Shown: positions 52,461 to 61,708, numbered from the stretch's first letter. The stretch is DNA of 61,708 bases from an uncultured Lentisphaerota bacterium (GCA_903896595.1 CAITYL010000060.1:1-61708), one strand, 5' to 3'. Translations and numbers: made by a program. The notes: generated by a model from the sequence alone, not told the origin.

Positions 52461-53656
52461 CGGCGCTCTTCCTGCCGCAAGAACTCGGCGACGGCGGCGC
52501 AAAACGGGGTCTGCGACAGCCGGGTCTGAAACAGGGCATGGCCGCGGCGGCCCTGGGCGTGACAGGCCGGCAGATCGGCCAGCAGACAACGGATGGCGGC
52601 GGCCAGGGCGTCTTCGTCACCCGGCGGCACCAACGCGCCGGTCTCCCCCGGCACCACCAGTTCGGCGATCCCACCCACGTCGGTCGTCACCACCGCCGTC
52701 GCGGCGGCATACGCTTCGATAAGAACCAGGGGCGGATGGTGAATGCTGCCCGACGGATAGGGCAGGATCACGCAATCGCAGGCGGCCAAAAACAGGGCGG
52801 GATCGGTCACCCCGACCTCGCGCAGACGGCCGGCGCCGCGCAACGCTTCCAGGCGGGCGTCATCCGCGGCCGCCAGCCGGCCGCGGCCGCTGTGCGCGAG
52901 GGCCAGCACGGAATTCGAAGTGGCGTCCTCGGCCAGCAACCGGGCAAAGGCCCGCAGCAACAGCGGCACGCCTTTGGCCGGGGCGAAATGGCCAAGATAC
53001 CCCGCCACCGGCCGGTCATCCCAGCCCAGCCGCCGGCGGGCCTCGTCCCGTGACACCCGGCACCAATCAACGGGCAACGGCACACCGGGATGCACCTGCA
53101 CGGCGGCGGGATGAAACCGCTCCACTTGCCGCGCCTGATGCTGGGTCGCCACCATGCACCGGCGCTGCCGCCAGTTTTGCAGCCGGCTCCACAGCGCGTT
53201 CTTGGTCAGGGCATGCGCCACCGCCTGCAACCGCCAACCGAGCGTCGCCACCAGACTGGCAGGCTGTAGCGGCGTATAAAAGTACCAGCACCCACGCCCC
53301 GCACCCAGGGCCAGGCTGCCCAGCAGCGCCATATTGGGATTGTTCTCCACCCACAGCACCGTCTCGCCGGGCTGGGCGTGCCGCCGCAGGGCGCGCAAGT
53401 AGGCCAGCCAGCCCGTCACCCCGCCGCTGTAGGTATGGACAGCATCCACACCTTCGCACCCCGCCGGCACCCGCGTCCCCGCCGGCAGCAGCAGGCGCAC
53501 CCGCCATCCCGCCGCCAGCAGGCCTCTCGCCATCCCAAACACCAGCGTGCCAACCCCTTCTAAATTGATATCAAAGGGAAAAAAAGCGCTGATCAATACC
53601 TGACCGGGCGCCGTCGCGCCGGACGAAAGAGAGTTGGGCGTGGGGGTAGTCGGCAT
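52457..53656 (-). CDS. Glycosyltransferase family 4
   Basis: YLGHFAPAKG, PLVLIEAYAA...VVTTDVGGIAELV..GETGALV. Confidence 0.9.
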   Translation of the reverse strand: MPTTPTPNSLSSGATAPGQVLISAFFPFDINLEGVGTLVFGMARGLLAAGWRVRLLLPAGTRVPAGCEGVDAVHTYSGGVTGWLAYLRALRRHAQPGETVLWVENNPNMALLGSLALGAGRGCWYFYTPLQPASLVATLGWRLQAVAHALTKNALWSRLQNWRQRRCMVATQHQARQVERFHPAAVQVHPGVPLPVDWCRVSRDEARRRLGWDDRPVAGYLGHFAPAKGVPLLLRAFARLLAEDATSNSVLALAHSGRGRLAAADDARLEALRGAGRLREVGVTDPALFLAACDCVILPYPSGSIHHPPLVLIEAYAAATAVVTTDVGGIAELVVPGETGALVPPGDEDALAAAIRCLLADLPACHAQGRRGHALFQTRLSQTPFCAAVAEFLRQEERR

Positions 53657-53669
53657 GGGCTGGCGGGGA

Positions 53670-54656
53670 TCACCCTTGTGAGGACGCGCCGACCTGGCGC
53701 CGGGCCAGGTACAGCAAGTTTTCCAAGTACAGCCGTTGCCGGTTCAGCATGTCGCCGACCAGGCCCAGGGCAAAAAAGAAAAAGGCCAGCAACAAAAAGG
53801 CGCCGCCCGTAAACCCGGCCCACTTGTGCGGCGAGAACCGGCCAGTCTGCCAATAGTGCGCGGCCAGAAACAGCAACAGCACCGCCGCCACCACCCCGGT
53901 GACGACACTCAAGGTGCCGAACAGGCGCATCGGCTTGTAGTCGCGCAGGCTGCGAAAGATGATCCAGGAGGTTTTAAAGGCATAATGGAACAAGTTGGAG
54001 GCGACACGACTCTTGCCATGGGCACGTACCCCGCGCACCCGGATCGGCACCTCAACGATGCGCAACCCCTTGTGGGCCAGATTGAGAAAAACTTCCTGGG
54101 TGTAGGTGAAGTCGCCGATCACGTTGAGGCTGATGGCGGCGTGCCGGTTGTAGCAGCGCATGCCGCAGGACACGTCATAAAACCGCTCGCCGGCCAAGGT
54201 CGAGATCAGCCAGCTCATGGCGTGATTGCCCCAGCGCTTGACCGCCGGCATCTCGGGCACGAGTTTGGGATCGGCAAAGCGGGAGGCGGTGGTGAAATCG
54301 GCATCGCCGGCCAGCACCGGCGCGATAAGTTGCGGAATGGTGGCGGGATCAAACTGGCCATCGGCGTCAATGGTCACCAGCAGGTCGGCGCCCAGTTCAA
54401 TAGACTTGGCCAGCCCGGTCTGGAACGCCGCCCCGACCCCATGGCGACGCCCATGGCTGATCACCAGGGCACCGGCGGCCCGCGCCTCGGCAACCGTGGC
54501 GTCCGTGCTGCCGTCGTCCACCACCAACACGGTCAGCCGGCCGATGCCGGGCAGATCACGCGGGATGCGGCGAATGGTGTCCCCCACCGTGGCCGCCTCG
54601 TTCAAGGCGGGCAGAGAGACCACCAAATGCATGGATGCGGACGATGGTTCGGTCAT
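53670..54656 (-). CDS. Glycosyltransferase family 2 (polyprenol-phosphate glycosyltransferase-like) with two C-terminal TM helices
   Basis: LPALNEA, VVDDGSTD, TIDADGQFDP, ASRF, DVSCGMR, VEVPI. Confidence 0.92.
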   Translation of the reverse strand: MTEPSSASMHLVVSLPALNEAATVGDTIRRIPRDLPGIGRLTVLVVDDGSTDATVAEARAAGALVISHGRRHGVGAAFQTGLAKSIELGADLLVTIDADGQFDPATIPQLIAPVLAGDADFTTASRFADPKLVPEMPAVKRWGNHAMSWLISTLAGERFYDVSCGMRCYNRHAAISLNVIGDFTYTQEVFLNLAHKGLRIVEVPIRVRGVRAHGKSRVASNLFHYAFKTSWIIFRSLRDYKPMRLFGTLSVVTGVVAAVLLLFLAAHYWQTGRFSPHKWAGFTGGAFLLLAFFFFALGLVGDMLNRQRLYLENLLYLARRQVGASSQG

Positions 54657-54753
54657 AAGACAACGGTTCCCCAAATATGGCGCCTCACACTATAATGCCG
54701 GATCGGCCCGACGGCGTGCCCAGTCCGCACCACAACGTTGCCGATGGCTTACC

Positions 54754-54858
54754 CACGGACCAGCACGGACGCCGGACCGCCCCCCGTAGTGGCGCCACTA
54801 CCGCGTCCGTGTAGTCCGTGTAGTCCGTGTAAGTCCGTGTAGTCCGTGTAAGTCCGTG
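54754..54858. repeat. GTCCGTGTA(A) tandem repeat with an inverted partner
   Basis: Six units at 54805-54858; inverted CACGGAC units from 54754; central palindrome GTAGTGGCGCCACTAC. Confidence 0.88.
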
Positions 54859-54895
54859 CCAGCGCCACGTGCATTATTCCAAACCAATTTTGTCG

Positions 54896-55915
54896 TTAAC
54901 AAGCCCCACCCAAGAGCCGGACGACATTGCCGTGAAAGACGGCCTCGACCGCCGCGGTGGACAGCTTGGCGCCGGCAGCGGCGTCACGAATGGCGCGCAA
55001 TTCCTCGTACAGGAACGAGGTGAAGCGGACGCGGTGAGTGGCGTCGCAAATGGCCAGTTTCCACGGCACCGGCGTGACGTAACTGTACTGGTGGTTGATC
55101 TCCACCGACTTGCCGGGGGCCAGCGCCAGCGGAATGTCGGTGCCGTACAGCACTTTCTCCGCCGGCACGGTGCGGAACAGGTACTCAATGACCTCGCGAT
55201 GATTGAGCATCGCCAAATCATACCACAGGTTCGGCAGTTCCTTCAATTCGTCCAGATTGCCGACCACGGCGCGCAGGTAATAGGCCCGGCCAATGTGGGC
55301 CAGCACAATCTTGGCCCGGGGATAACGGCGGCAAAGCCGGATGACTTGGGCGCGGTTCAGCGGATCGGCCAGCCGGCCGGGCCGCGGCAGGTGCAGGGTC
55401 ACCAGCAACCCCAGGTCGTTGACGATCTCCATCAGCCACGCCGGCAGCATGTCGTCAACCTCCACCTCGGCCAGCGGTTTCGTGCGGACATAGTCGGGAT
55501 AGGGCTTGATCCCGGCAAAGCGACCGGAGGCCAAATCGCGCCGGACGGCCTCACGGTCGGCCTCGTCCGGATCGGCCAGGCGAAGAGCGAAAAAACGGCG
55601 GCGGTCGCAGTGGTCGCCCAGGTACTGATTGTTGCGCTGAAAATCATAGCGCGGATCAGGGAGGCCGAAACATAACGCCCCGGTCTCGCGGCCGGGATAA
55701 ACCGCCGGCAGGTCGGCCGCCAGGTCATCCAAGGTATAACTGGCAAGAGGATGCCCGGCACAGTCAAAACTCTCGCCAGCCGGCACTACCCCCGGATCGA
55801 AGACGTGCACATGCGCGTCGAACACACGCCCCGGCACAAACCCGTCCAGTTCCTCGGCAAAAATCCGCCGGTTGCGCTCCTGCAACACCGTCTCCCGCCA
55901 CTCTTCATGCTTCAT
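54896..55915 (-). CDS. Amidohydrolase family protein (Amidohydro_2-like)
   Basis: FDAHVH, GIKPYP, TLHLP, VLAHIGR, LYGTDIP. Confidence 0.9.
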   Translation of the reverse strand: MKHEEWRETVLQERNRRIFAEELDGFVPGRVFDAHVHVFDPGVVPAGESFDCAGHPLASYTLDDLAADLPAVYPGRETGALCFGLPDPRYDFQRNNQYLGDHCDRRRFFALRLADPDEADREAVRRDLASGRFAGIKPYPDYVRTKPLAEVEVDDMLPAWLMEIVNDLGLLVTLHLPRPGRLADPLNRAQVIRLCRRYPRAKIVLAHIGRAYYLRAVVGNLDELKELPNLWYDLAMLNHREVIEYLFRTVPAEKVLYGTDIPLALAPGKSVEINHQYSYVTPVPWKLAICDATHRVRFTSFLYEELRAIRDAAAGAKLSTAAVEAVFHGNVVRLLGGAC

Positions 55916-55959
55916 GTTTCGAACCCTCTGCTACTGAATATACCGGAAGATGTCACATA

Positions 55960-56179
55960 ATGTGGGGGCGCCGCCCCCAGGCCCCTGCCAAAGGGACCTG
56001 TCCCTTTGGAATCCCCGAGACTTTCCATTTTACGAGAGCCGGTACTGGGTGCCGCTGATGGTCGCGACGTTTGGTTTTGTCGCTAACGGCGGCGCACAGC
56101 ACCGGCTCTCGTAAAATCGCTTGTCGGGATTCTCAAGGGACGGAGTTCCTTGAGCGGGGCCTGGGGCAGAGCCCCACAT
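55960..56179 (+). mobile_element. Family A 220-bp structured repeat, copy 1
   Basis: Termini ATGTGGGG / CCCCACAT, four short hairpins and a long central stem. Four copies within 5.7 kb; mobility is inferred. Confidence 0.8.
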
Positions 56180-56182
56180 CCT

Positions 56183-57601
56183 TTATTTTAACAAAGTTTT
56201 CCGGGCGCGGGCCAAAATCTTCTCCAAGTCGTGCACCACTGGCGCGGGATGGGCGGCGGGTTGGTAGGCGGCCAGGGTTTGCAGGTACTTGGCGTGGCAG
56301 GCGTCGAGGATTTCCGGTTCCGTGCGGGTGTCGCCCAGGCGGCGGAACAGTTGCGGATCCCACATCTCGTCGCGGTAATGCTCCAGTGTGTGCTCCTGGG
56401 TCATGAAATTGCCGCCGGCATTGAGCACACCATCGCGGATGCGGGCCACCGTGTCGCCAGCGGGGGACACCACGGGCGCCGTGAAGGTGGCGATCAGTCC
56501 TTCAGTCATTTCGCAGTCGAGCAGGAACTGTTCCGGACTGATCATGCTGCCGTTGTCCAAGTTCCCGGAGCCGTTTAAGCGCAAGTCGTAACGGTCCACC
56601 AACGCCGAAAAACCGACGGCCTTCAGAAACCGCTCATACGTCGCCTGCAAGCCGGGGCGTTTGGCGGTGATATAGGAACGGCCGCCAACGGCGGTGCCGC
56701 CGCCAAAGGCATGCTTCATCAGTTGGTACACGCCGGCATCGAAGCGCACGGTCTGGGGCGTCGAGGACGACGGATTGCCGGTACGCATGTCCAACTGGAC
56801 ACAGGCGATGTAGCCCAGCAGCGGCGCCAATGGATCAATGATCCGGGACAGGATCAGGCCGCCGACGATTTCCGCCGTGGCCAGCACGACCGCGCCATGG
56901 ATGTCCACCGGGCCGCTGCCGCCAAGACACGGCATGGAGGTGATCATGCTGCGGCTGTGGTACCGGCTGCGCTGCAACATGGTTTCCGCCGTCCGTTCTT
57001 CCAGGCGCAACGGCGGATTGATGCAGTTGCAGTAGCCGACAAAATGTCCGGGCGCCTGCCCCAGCACTTCCCCCATTTCCGCCAGGAACGGCACGGTTTC
57101 CGGCACCGTAACGTCAATATTGCCGAGCGTTTTGCTGGTCACGCCGGCCATCAGCACCACACTCTCCAGCTGCTCCAGCGTCGGCTCGACGTCCTGGCGC
57201 GACAGCGGCAGGGTGACCATGGTGATTCGCGGCTCGGCCTGGGCGAATCGGACCAGTTCCAGCATCCGCTCACGGCTGCCAATCTCGGGCCGGCCATTGG
57301 CATAGTCGTAAAACTTGGGCGTGAGATTACCAAAGGATGTCGTGAACTCATACGGTGGATGCACCCATGCCGGCACCCCGGCGGCCGGCGGATACTGCCG
57401 CTCCAGTTCCGTCCGCAATTCCGCCACCTGTTTCCGGTCAAACAACACCCGCCCCTCAGCCGATTCCCGACACCCGGCCGTGAGCGCCAATGCCTTGACC
57501 TTGGGATGCTCCACCAGATACCCCACTGTGCCCAGCACCTGCAAAACCTCATCCGCCATCTGCTCAAACTGCACATCACTAAACAACGCATTGCTGTTCA
57601 T
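56183..57601 (-). CDS. Trimethylamine-methyltransferase (MttB) superfamily protein, non-pyrrolysine
   Basis: VLGTVG, INPPLR, GGSGPVDIHG....AEIVGG, DMRTG, AKRPGLQATYE, GNLDNG...SPEQFLLDCE, GGNFMTQEHTLEH; no in-frame TAG. Confidence 0.85.
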   Translation of the reverse strand: MNSNALFSDVQFEQMADEVLQVLGTVGYLVEHPKVKALALTAGCRESAEGRVLFDRKQVAELRTELERQYPPAAGVPAWVHPPYEFTTSFGNLTPKFYDYANGRPEIGSRERMLELVRFAQAEPRITMVTLPLSRQDVEPTLEQLESVVLMAGVTSKTLGNIDVTVPETVPFLAEMGEVLGQAPGHFVGYCNCINPPLRLEERTAETMLQRSRYHSRSMITSMPCLGGSGPVDIHGAVVLATAEIVGGLILSRIIDPLAPLLGYIACVQLDMRTGNPSSSTPQTVRFDAGVYQLMKHAFGGGTAVGGRSYITAKRPGLQATYERFLKAVGFSALVDRYDLRLNGSGNLDNGSMISPEQFLLDCEMTEGLIATFTAPVVSPAGDTVARIRDGVLNAGGNFMTQEHTLEHYRDEMWDPQLFRRLGDTRTEPEILDACHAKYLQTLAAYQPAAHPAPVVHDLEKILARARKTLLK

Positions 57602-57630
57602 AGACTTATCCTTTTTACGTTTGATTTATG

Positions 57631-57851
57631 ATGTGGGGCTCTGCCCCAGGCCCCGCTCAAGGAACGCCGTCCCTTGAGAATCCCGACATCCGATTTTGCG
57701 AGAGCCGGTGCTGTGCACCGCCGGCAGCGACAATGCCAAATGTTTCAAGCACTCTGCGGCGCACAGTACCGGCTCTCGCAAAATGGAAGGTCTCGGGGAT
57801 TCCAAAGGGACTGGTCCCTTTGGCAGGGGCTTGGGGGCGGCGCCCCCACAT
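57631..57851 (-). mobile_element. Family A element, copy 2 (inverted)
   Basis: Reverse-complement copy with a diverged central loop. Confidence 0.8.
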
Positions 57852-57865
57852 CACTAAAATTGCGG

Positions 57866-58453
57866 TTATTTGGGAATGGGTTTTTCATGGATGGGGGCGG
57901 TGAGGATGGCGTCCAAGTTTGGGCACAGGGGATGGAACTTGTTGGTATCGATGACCTGGCGCCAACGCTGGCGCTGGTCCTCCTCGACCGGCCACGGTTT
58001 GAAACCGAGTTCGAGATAGGTTTTGATGGCGGGCACGCGGGGGTCATCGGTCTCCAGCACGGCACGGGTGCGGCCTTCGGCGGCGAACCGGTGCAGGACC
58101 GCCAGCGACACCCAGTACCCGAGCTTCCGTCCCTTGTGCTCGGGATTGGTGGCGACGTAGTGCACATACCCGGTGTCCACGCCCCACCACGGCCGGTACC
58201 AGGCCGAGGCAGTGGCCACCGGCACACCATCACACGTGATGAAAAAAATGCGCTCCGGCACACACGCGGCATCGGTCGCCAAGATATTGGCGAACAATCG
58301 CGGCGGCTGGCTGGCGCCAAACGCCTGCACCAGCAGCCGGTCCCACGCCGCCTCATCCCCAACCCCCGGCTGGAAATGCCGCAACGCATACCCCGCCGGC
58401 ACTACCACCGGCGCCAACCCCGCCAATCCCTCTCGCACCATGACTAATTGCAT
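57866..58453 (-). CDS. GNAT family N-acetyltransferase
   Basis: YVHYVATNPEHKGRKLG and AIKTYLELGF; GAGGTG RBS. Confidence 0.9.
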   Translation of the reverse strand: MQLVMVREGLAGLAPVVVPAGYALRHFQPGVGDEAAWDRLLVQAFGASQPPRLFANILATDAACVPERIFFITCDGVPVATASAWYRPWWGVDTGYVHYVATNPEHKGRKLGYWVSLAVLHRFAAEGRTRAVLETDDPRVPAIKTYLELGFKPWPVEEDQRQRWRQVIDTNKFHPLCPNLDAILTAPIHEKPIPK

Positions 58454-58482
58454 ATTTCCACCTCATTTTTTCTTTGACAGCC

Positions 58483-58701
58483 ATGTGGGGGCGCCGCCCC
58501 CAGGCCCCTGCCAAAGGGACCAGTCCCTTTGGAATCCCCGAGACATTCCATTTTGCGAAGGCCGGTACTGGGCGCCGCTGAGGGTCGCGACGTGTGGTTT
58601 TGTCTCTAATGGCGGCGCCCAGCACCGGCCTTCGCAAAATCGGTGTCGGGATTCTCAAGGGACGGAGTTCCTTGAGCGGGGCTTGGGGCAGAGCCCCACA
58701 T
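58483..58701 (+). mobile_element. Family A element, copy 3
   Basis: Full copy; central stem variant TTTTGCGAAGGCCGG / CCGGCCTTCGCAAAA. Confidence 0.8.
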
Positions 58702-58714
58702 CTTGAATTCTTTT

Positions 58715-60112
58715 TTAAGAAATGATTTCACAGCTCCAGTTTTGGAAACGGGCGAAGGCTTGGAGGGGTTCCAGACGGTTGGGGCCATAGACCAGGGCGC
58801 TGTGGTGGGTGCCGCCGGCGACGGAATAGCGTTCCAGGAACGGTGCCACCGGCAAGCTCGGCCGGATCCAGCCACGGACCCAGCCGGCAAACGCGGCGCC
58901 GCGCGGTTCCGGCAGCATCTCCACGGGGGCGAGCACCAGCGAGAAGCGGTCGTCCGGCCCGGGCACCAGATTGACCAGGGTCGCCGCGCCGGGACGGAAC
59001 GCACCGGCGATCATGGCCGGGTTTTGGGCCGGCGTGAACGGGAACGGCTTCTCCACCAGTTCGGGTTTGCCAGCCAGCAACTCGGGATTGGCCTCGCCCA
59101 TGTGCGAAAGGAAAAGCACGTTGTGCTTCCAGTCGGGGCAGAAAATTTCCGTGAATGAGGTGTCGCCGAACGCCGCCGCCAAGGCGCCGACCAGGGCGGC
59201 GGTGAGCACATCACCCTCGCCCGCATAACCGACGCCGCGGGCCATGGCCTTGGACGCCTCCAGAAACGGCACCGTGTCGACCGGGCCAGTGCCCTGGTCA
59301 AACGCCTCAAAATTGAAGCTGAACGCGTTGTACCCGCCGTCGGCCAGAAACCGGCGCAACCCCAGTGCCAACCGGACCGAGCGCGCATGCACGGCCGCCG
59401 GTGCGGTCACCGCGTACCGTTTCCGATCCTCAGCCACTTCCGCAGCCACCGCCTTGGCCGTCACGGCACGAACGGCGGTGGCCAGCACGGATGGCGCCGC
59501 CTGCTCCACGGCAATGCCCAGGCCATGGCGCAACATTTCCGGGGCGACCTGAAAGTCACCCATACCGGCAAACACCTTGCCCAGGCGCAACACCCGGCTG
59601 GAGTGGAACCGGCGCGCGGCGGCGGCGGCGCGGGCGATCCCGGCCACCCGCGGCAACACCTCCGGCGCCTGCCAGTGCCCGGCGACAATCTCCGGCCGCC
59701 GCCCCAGCCGCCGCAGCACGGATGCCAGATCCTGAACCCCGTGAATCCCATGGTTGTACATCAAACGCCCCGGCGCCGTTTTCGGGGTGAACTCGACGTC
59801 CATGGTGGTGTCGAGCATCAGCAGCGGCAGGCGGGTCTCGGCTAAAATCTCCGCCGCTTCCAGCGACGGTGAGTAGGCCAGGTGCAGCGTGACCACCAGG
59901 TCGACGTCCGCCTTTTCAAAACCCTTCACGGCGGCGGCGATCTCCCGGCGCACCCGGCAGACCGGCGCGGTCATCAACTCGAGCCCCTGCCCGGCCAGCG
60001 CCTTCTGCAGGCCGGCCAGGAACGGTGCGAACACCGCGCGTTCTTCGGGCATTTTGTCGTCGTAGAGTGCGAGGTACAGGGGCAATAGACCGATTTTGGG
60101 CGTTACGTGCAT
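58715..60112 (-). CDS. L-arabinose/L-fucose isomerase family protein
   Basis: HLAYSPS, MYNHGIHG, MGDF, GYAGEGD, FTEIF, LSHMGE and GGTHHSAL match the AraA-like metal-ligand layout. Start placed at MHVTP. Confidence 0.85.
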   Translation of the reverse strand: MHVTPKIGLLPLYLALYDDKMPEERAVFAPFLAGLQKALAGQGLELMTAPVCRVRREIAAAVKGFEKADVDLVVTLHLAYSPSLEAAEILAETRLPLLMLDTTMDVEFTPKTAPGRLMYNHGIHGVQDLASVLRRLGRRPEIVAGHWQAPEVLPRVAGIARAAAAARRFHSSRVLRLGKVFAGMGDFQVAPEMLRHGLGIAVEQAAPSVLATAVRAVTAKAVAAEVAEDRKRYAVTAPAAVHARSVRLALGLRRFLADGGYNAFSFNFEAFDQGTGPVDTVPFLEASKAMARGVGYAGEGDVLTAALVGALAAAFGDTSFTEIFCPDWKHNVLFLSHMGEANPELLAGKPELVEKPFPFTPAQNPAMIAGAFRPGAATLVNLVPGPDDRFSLVLAPVEMLPEPRGAAFAGWVRGWIRPSLPVAPFLERYSVAGGTHHSALVYGPNRLEPLQAFARFQNWSCEIIS

Positions 60113-61569
60113 GAGATTTTCACTTTCCATTCCGCAAACAACCGAGTGTATTGATCGTGGGCAATCGGATCGGGCTGGACGATTTCGGGTTCGGCGGCCA
60201 CGGCGGTCGCGCCAGCCTGAACATCGGCGAACACGCCCGTCCCGATGCCGGCCAAAATGGCGGCGCCAATGGCGCCCGCGTTCTGGCGCACACCAAGATA
60301 AAACGGCAGGCCGGTGACATCCGCCAACACCCGCGACCACACCGCCGACCGCGACGGCCCGCCCACCATGGTCAAACGGCACGGCCGCCAGCCCGCCGCC
60401 GCCAATTCCTCGACCTTGGCCCGCATGTGGAACGCCGCGGCTTCCATGACGGCGCGGCTGAGCAGCTCCGGCGCGACCCCGGCCGGCACCTGTTCCGCGG
60501 CATCAGCCCGCATGAGATCCACGCACAGCCCACCGGCCCCGCACGGTGCGGACTCCGCCAACGCATCAAAACAACGAAAGCGCGCCTGGGGATCGGCGCC
60601 GGCCGGTAGCGAACCAACCGCACGTCCGACCAAGGCATCTATGGTCTGGCCGATCCGGGTCAGAGCAAACATCGCCCCCCACGGCCCGGCCGGCTGCAAG
60701 AACGGATCGACCAGCATCCCCATGGCCAACGCCGCCGCACGGTCGGACACCGGATAGAAACCGACCCAGGAGGTGCCGCAGGAAAACATCAGGTCCCCCG
60801 GCGCCAGGGTGCCGGTGGCGCAGGCGGCGGCGGGATGGTCAAAACAACCGAGCACGACTTGGGTGTCGCGCGGCAGTCCCGTGGCCTCGGCCGCGACAGC
60901 GGTCAAGCCCCCCAGCACGGTGCCGGAAGGTCGCAGTTCCGGCAGGGATGCCGCCGGAATTTCCAAGGCCGTCAGGTACGGCGCATGCCACTTCCCCGCA
61001 ACCTGATCCAGCAGGTACGACGGCGTGGCGGTGGACGGGTCCACCCCCCAGCGCCCGGTGAGCCGGTGCAACAGGTACACGGTGTCCAGGGTATGATGCG
61101 CGGCGCCACGGTACAGTTCCGGCCGGTGTTCCTTGAGCCAGGCCAGATGCGCCAGCGGAAAACTCTCAAAATACGGCCACCCGGTCACGCCATGAACGCC
61201 AGGCAGGTCCACACCGGCCAGCGCGGCCAGTTTCAGACCGCGGGCACGATCGTCGGTCCAACTGATGGCCGGAGCCAGCGGCTGTCCGGCGGCATCGGTC
61301 AGCACGGTGTTGCCGCTGGCGGCGGCAAAGGCCACCCCAGCCACCCGGTGCCCCGCCGGACACGCCGCCCCCAACTGGCGCATAAGCCCCAATACGGTGC
61401 CGGCAAAAGCCGCGGCATCAAACTCGCACCACCCCGCCTGCGGACTCCGCAACCCAGTCGGTGCCGACACCCCCGCCAATACCTGCCCCGCCCCGGACAA
61501 CAACACCCCCTTGACCGCACTGGTCCCCAAATCAAACCCCATCACCACCGGTTGATAATTTTTCTTCAT
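60103..61569 (-). CDS. FGGY-family carbohydrate kinase (xylulokinase-like)
   Basis: GFDLGTSAVK, AISWTDDR, GCFDH, SCGTS, VGGPSRS..W..VLADVTG, GAAILAG. Start placed at MKKNY. Confidence 0.92.
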   Translation of the reverse strand: MKKNYQPVVMGFDLGTSAVKGVLLSGAGQVLAGVSAPTGLRSPQAGWCEFDAAAFAGTVLGLMRQLGAACPAGHRVAGVAFAAASGNTVLTDAAGQPLAPAISWTDDRARGLKLAALAGVDLPGVHGVTGWPYFESFPLAHLAWLKEHRPELYRGAAHHTLDTVYLLHRLTGRWGVDPSTATPSYLLDQVAGKWHAPYLTALEIPAASLPELRPSGTVLGGLTAVAAEATGLPRDTQVVLGCFDHPAAACATGTLAPGDLMFSCGTSWVGFYPVSDRAAALAMGMLVDPFLQPAGPWGAMFALTRIGQTIDALVGRAVGSLPAGADPQARFRCFDALAESAPCGAGGLCVDLMRADAAEQVPAGVAPELLSRAVMEAAAFHMRAKVEELAAAGWRPCRLTMVGGPSRSAVWSRVLADVTGLPFYLGVRQNAGAIGAAILAGIGTGVFADVQAGATAVAAEPEIVQPDPIAHDQYTRLFAEWKVKISCT

Positions 61570-61592
61570 GGTGTGATTGTTTCGTTCATTGA

Positions 61593-61708
61593 ATGTGGGG
61601 GCGCCGCCCCCAAGCCCCTGCCAAAGGGACCTGTCCCTTTGGAATCCCCGAAACATTCCATTTTGCGAGAGCCGGTACTGTGCGCCGCGGATGGTCGCGA
61701 CGTTTGGT
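61593..61708 (+). mobile_element. Family A element, copy 4 (cut by window end)
   Basis: First 116 bp of the element, immediately upstream of the kinase gene. Confidence 0.8.

Noticed and set aside
56672-56674. Pyrrolysine recoding in the MttB-like gene
   Set aside because: The ORF is open with TAT at the inferred position; no in-frame TAG and no pyl genes in the window.
55960-61708. Family A repeats as a CRISPR array or integron attC sites
   Set aside because: Units are ~220 bp and separated by whole genes; one is inverted; there are no RYYYAAC/GTTRRRY ends and no cas or integrase gene in the window.

Overview
A GC-rich bacterial chromosomal window, probably from the PVC superphylum and plausibly Lentisphaerota. 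That placement is inferred from pilin-like [13 protein letters not shown]...DGHV proteins, PEP-CTERM proteins, waaA and the repeat style. It holds about 40 intact CDSs and 3 internally deleted pseudogenes. I found no rRNA, tRNA, CRISPR array, transposase or integrase. From 0.2 to 20.1 kb, two minus-strand carbohydrate modules each combine a pilin-like protein, a PEP-CTERM protein, predicted glycoside hydrolases, paralogous MFS transporters and a regulator. From 20.7 to 34.7 kb lie a possible sigma54 circuit, a PocR-AraC regulator divergent from a corrinoid protein, a DegT aminotransferase with a FadR regulator, a GH-like enzyme and gap. From 34.9 to 49 kb lie a hybrid histidine kinase, a TPR/secreted protein/twin lipoprotein operon, waaA-AEC-aldolase and a degenerate CbiK-like lipoprotein. 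From 49.4 to 54.7 kb is a coupled GT2-GT4-HprK-like-HprK-like-flippase operon. From 54.9 to 61.6 kb is a sugar kinase-isomerase-GNAT-MttB-like-amidohydrolase operon. Intergenic DNA is full of palindromic repeat families. The strongest signals are a 220-bp structured element with compensatory base changes at every free junction of the last operon, a second ~220-bp element with a swappable central hairpin, the duplicated pilin/PEP-CTERM glycan modules, and the MttB-linked sugar pathway. All product calls come from motif recognition by eye; no database searches were run.
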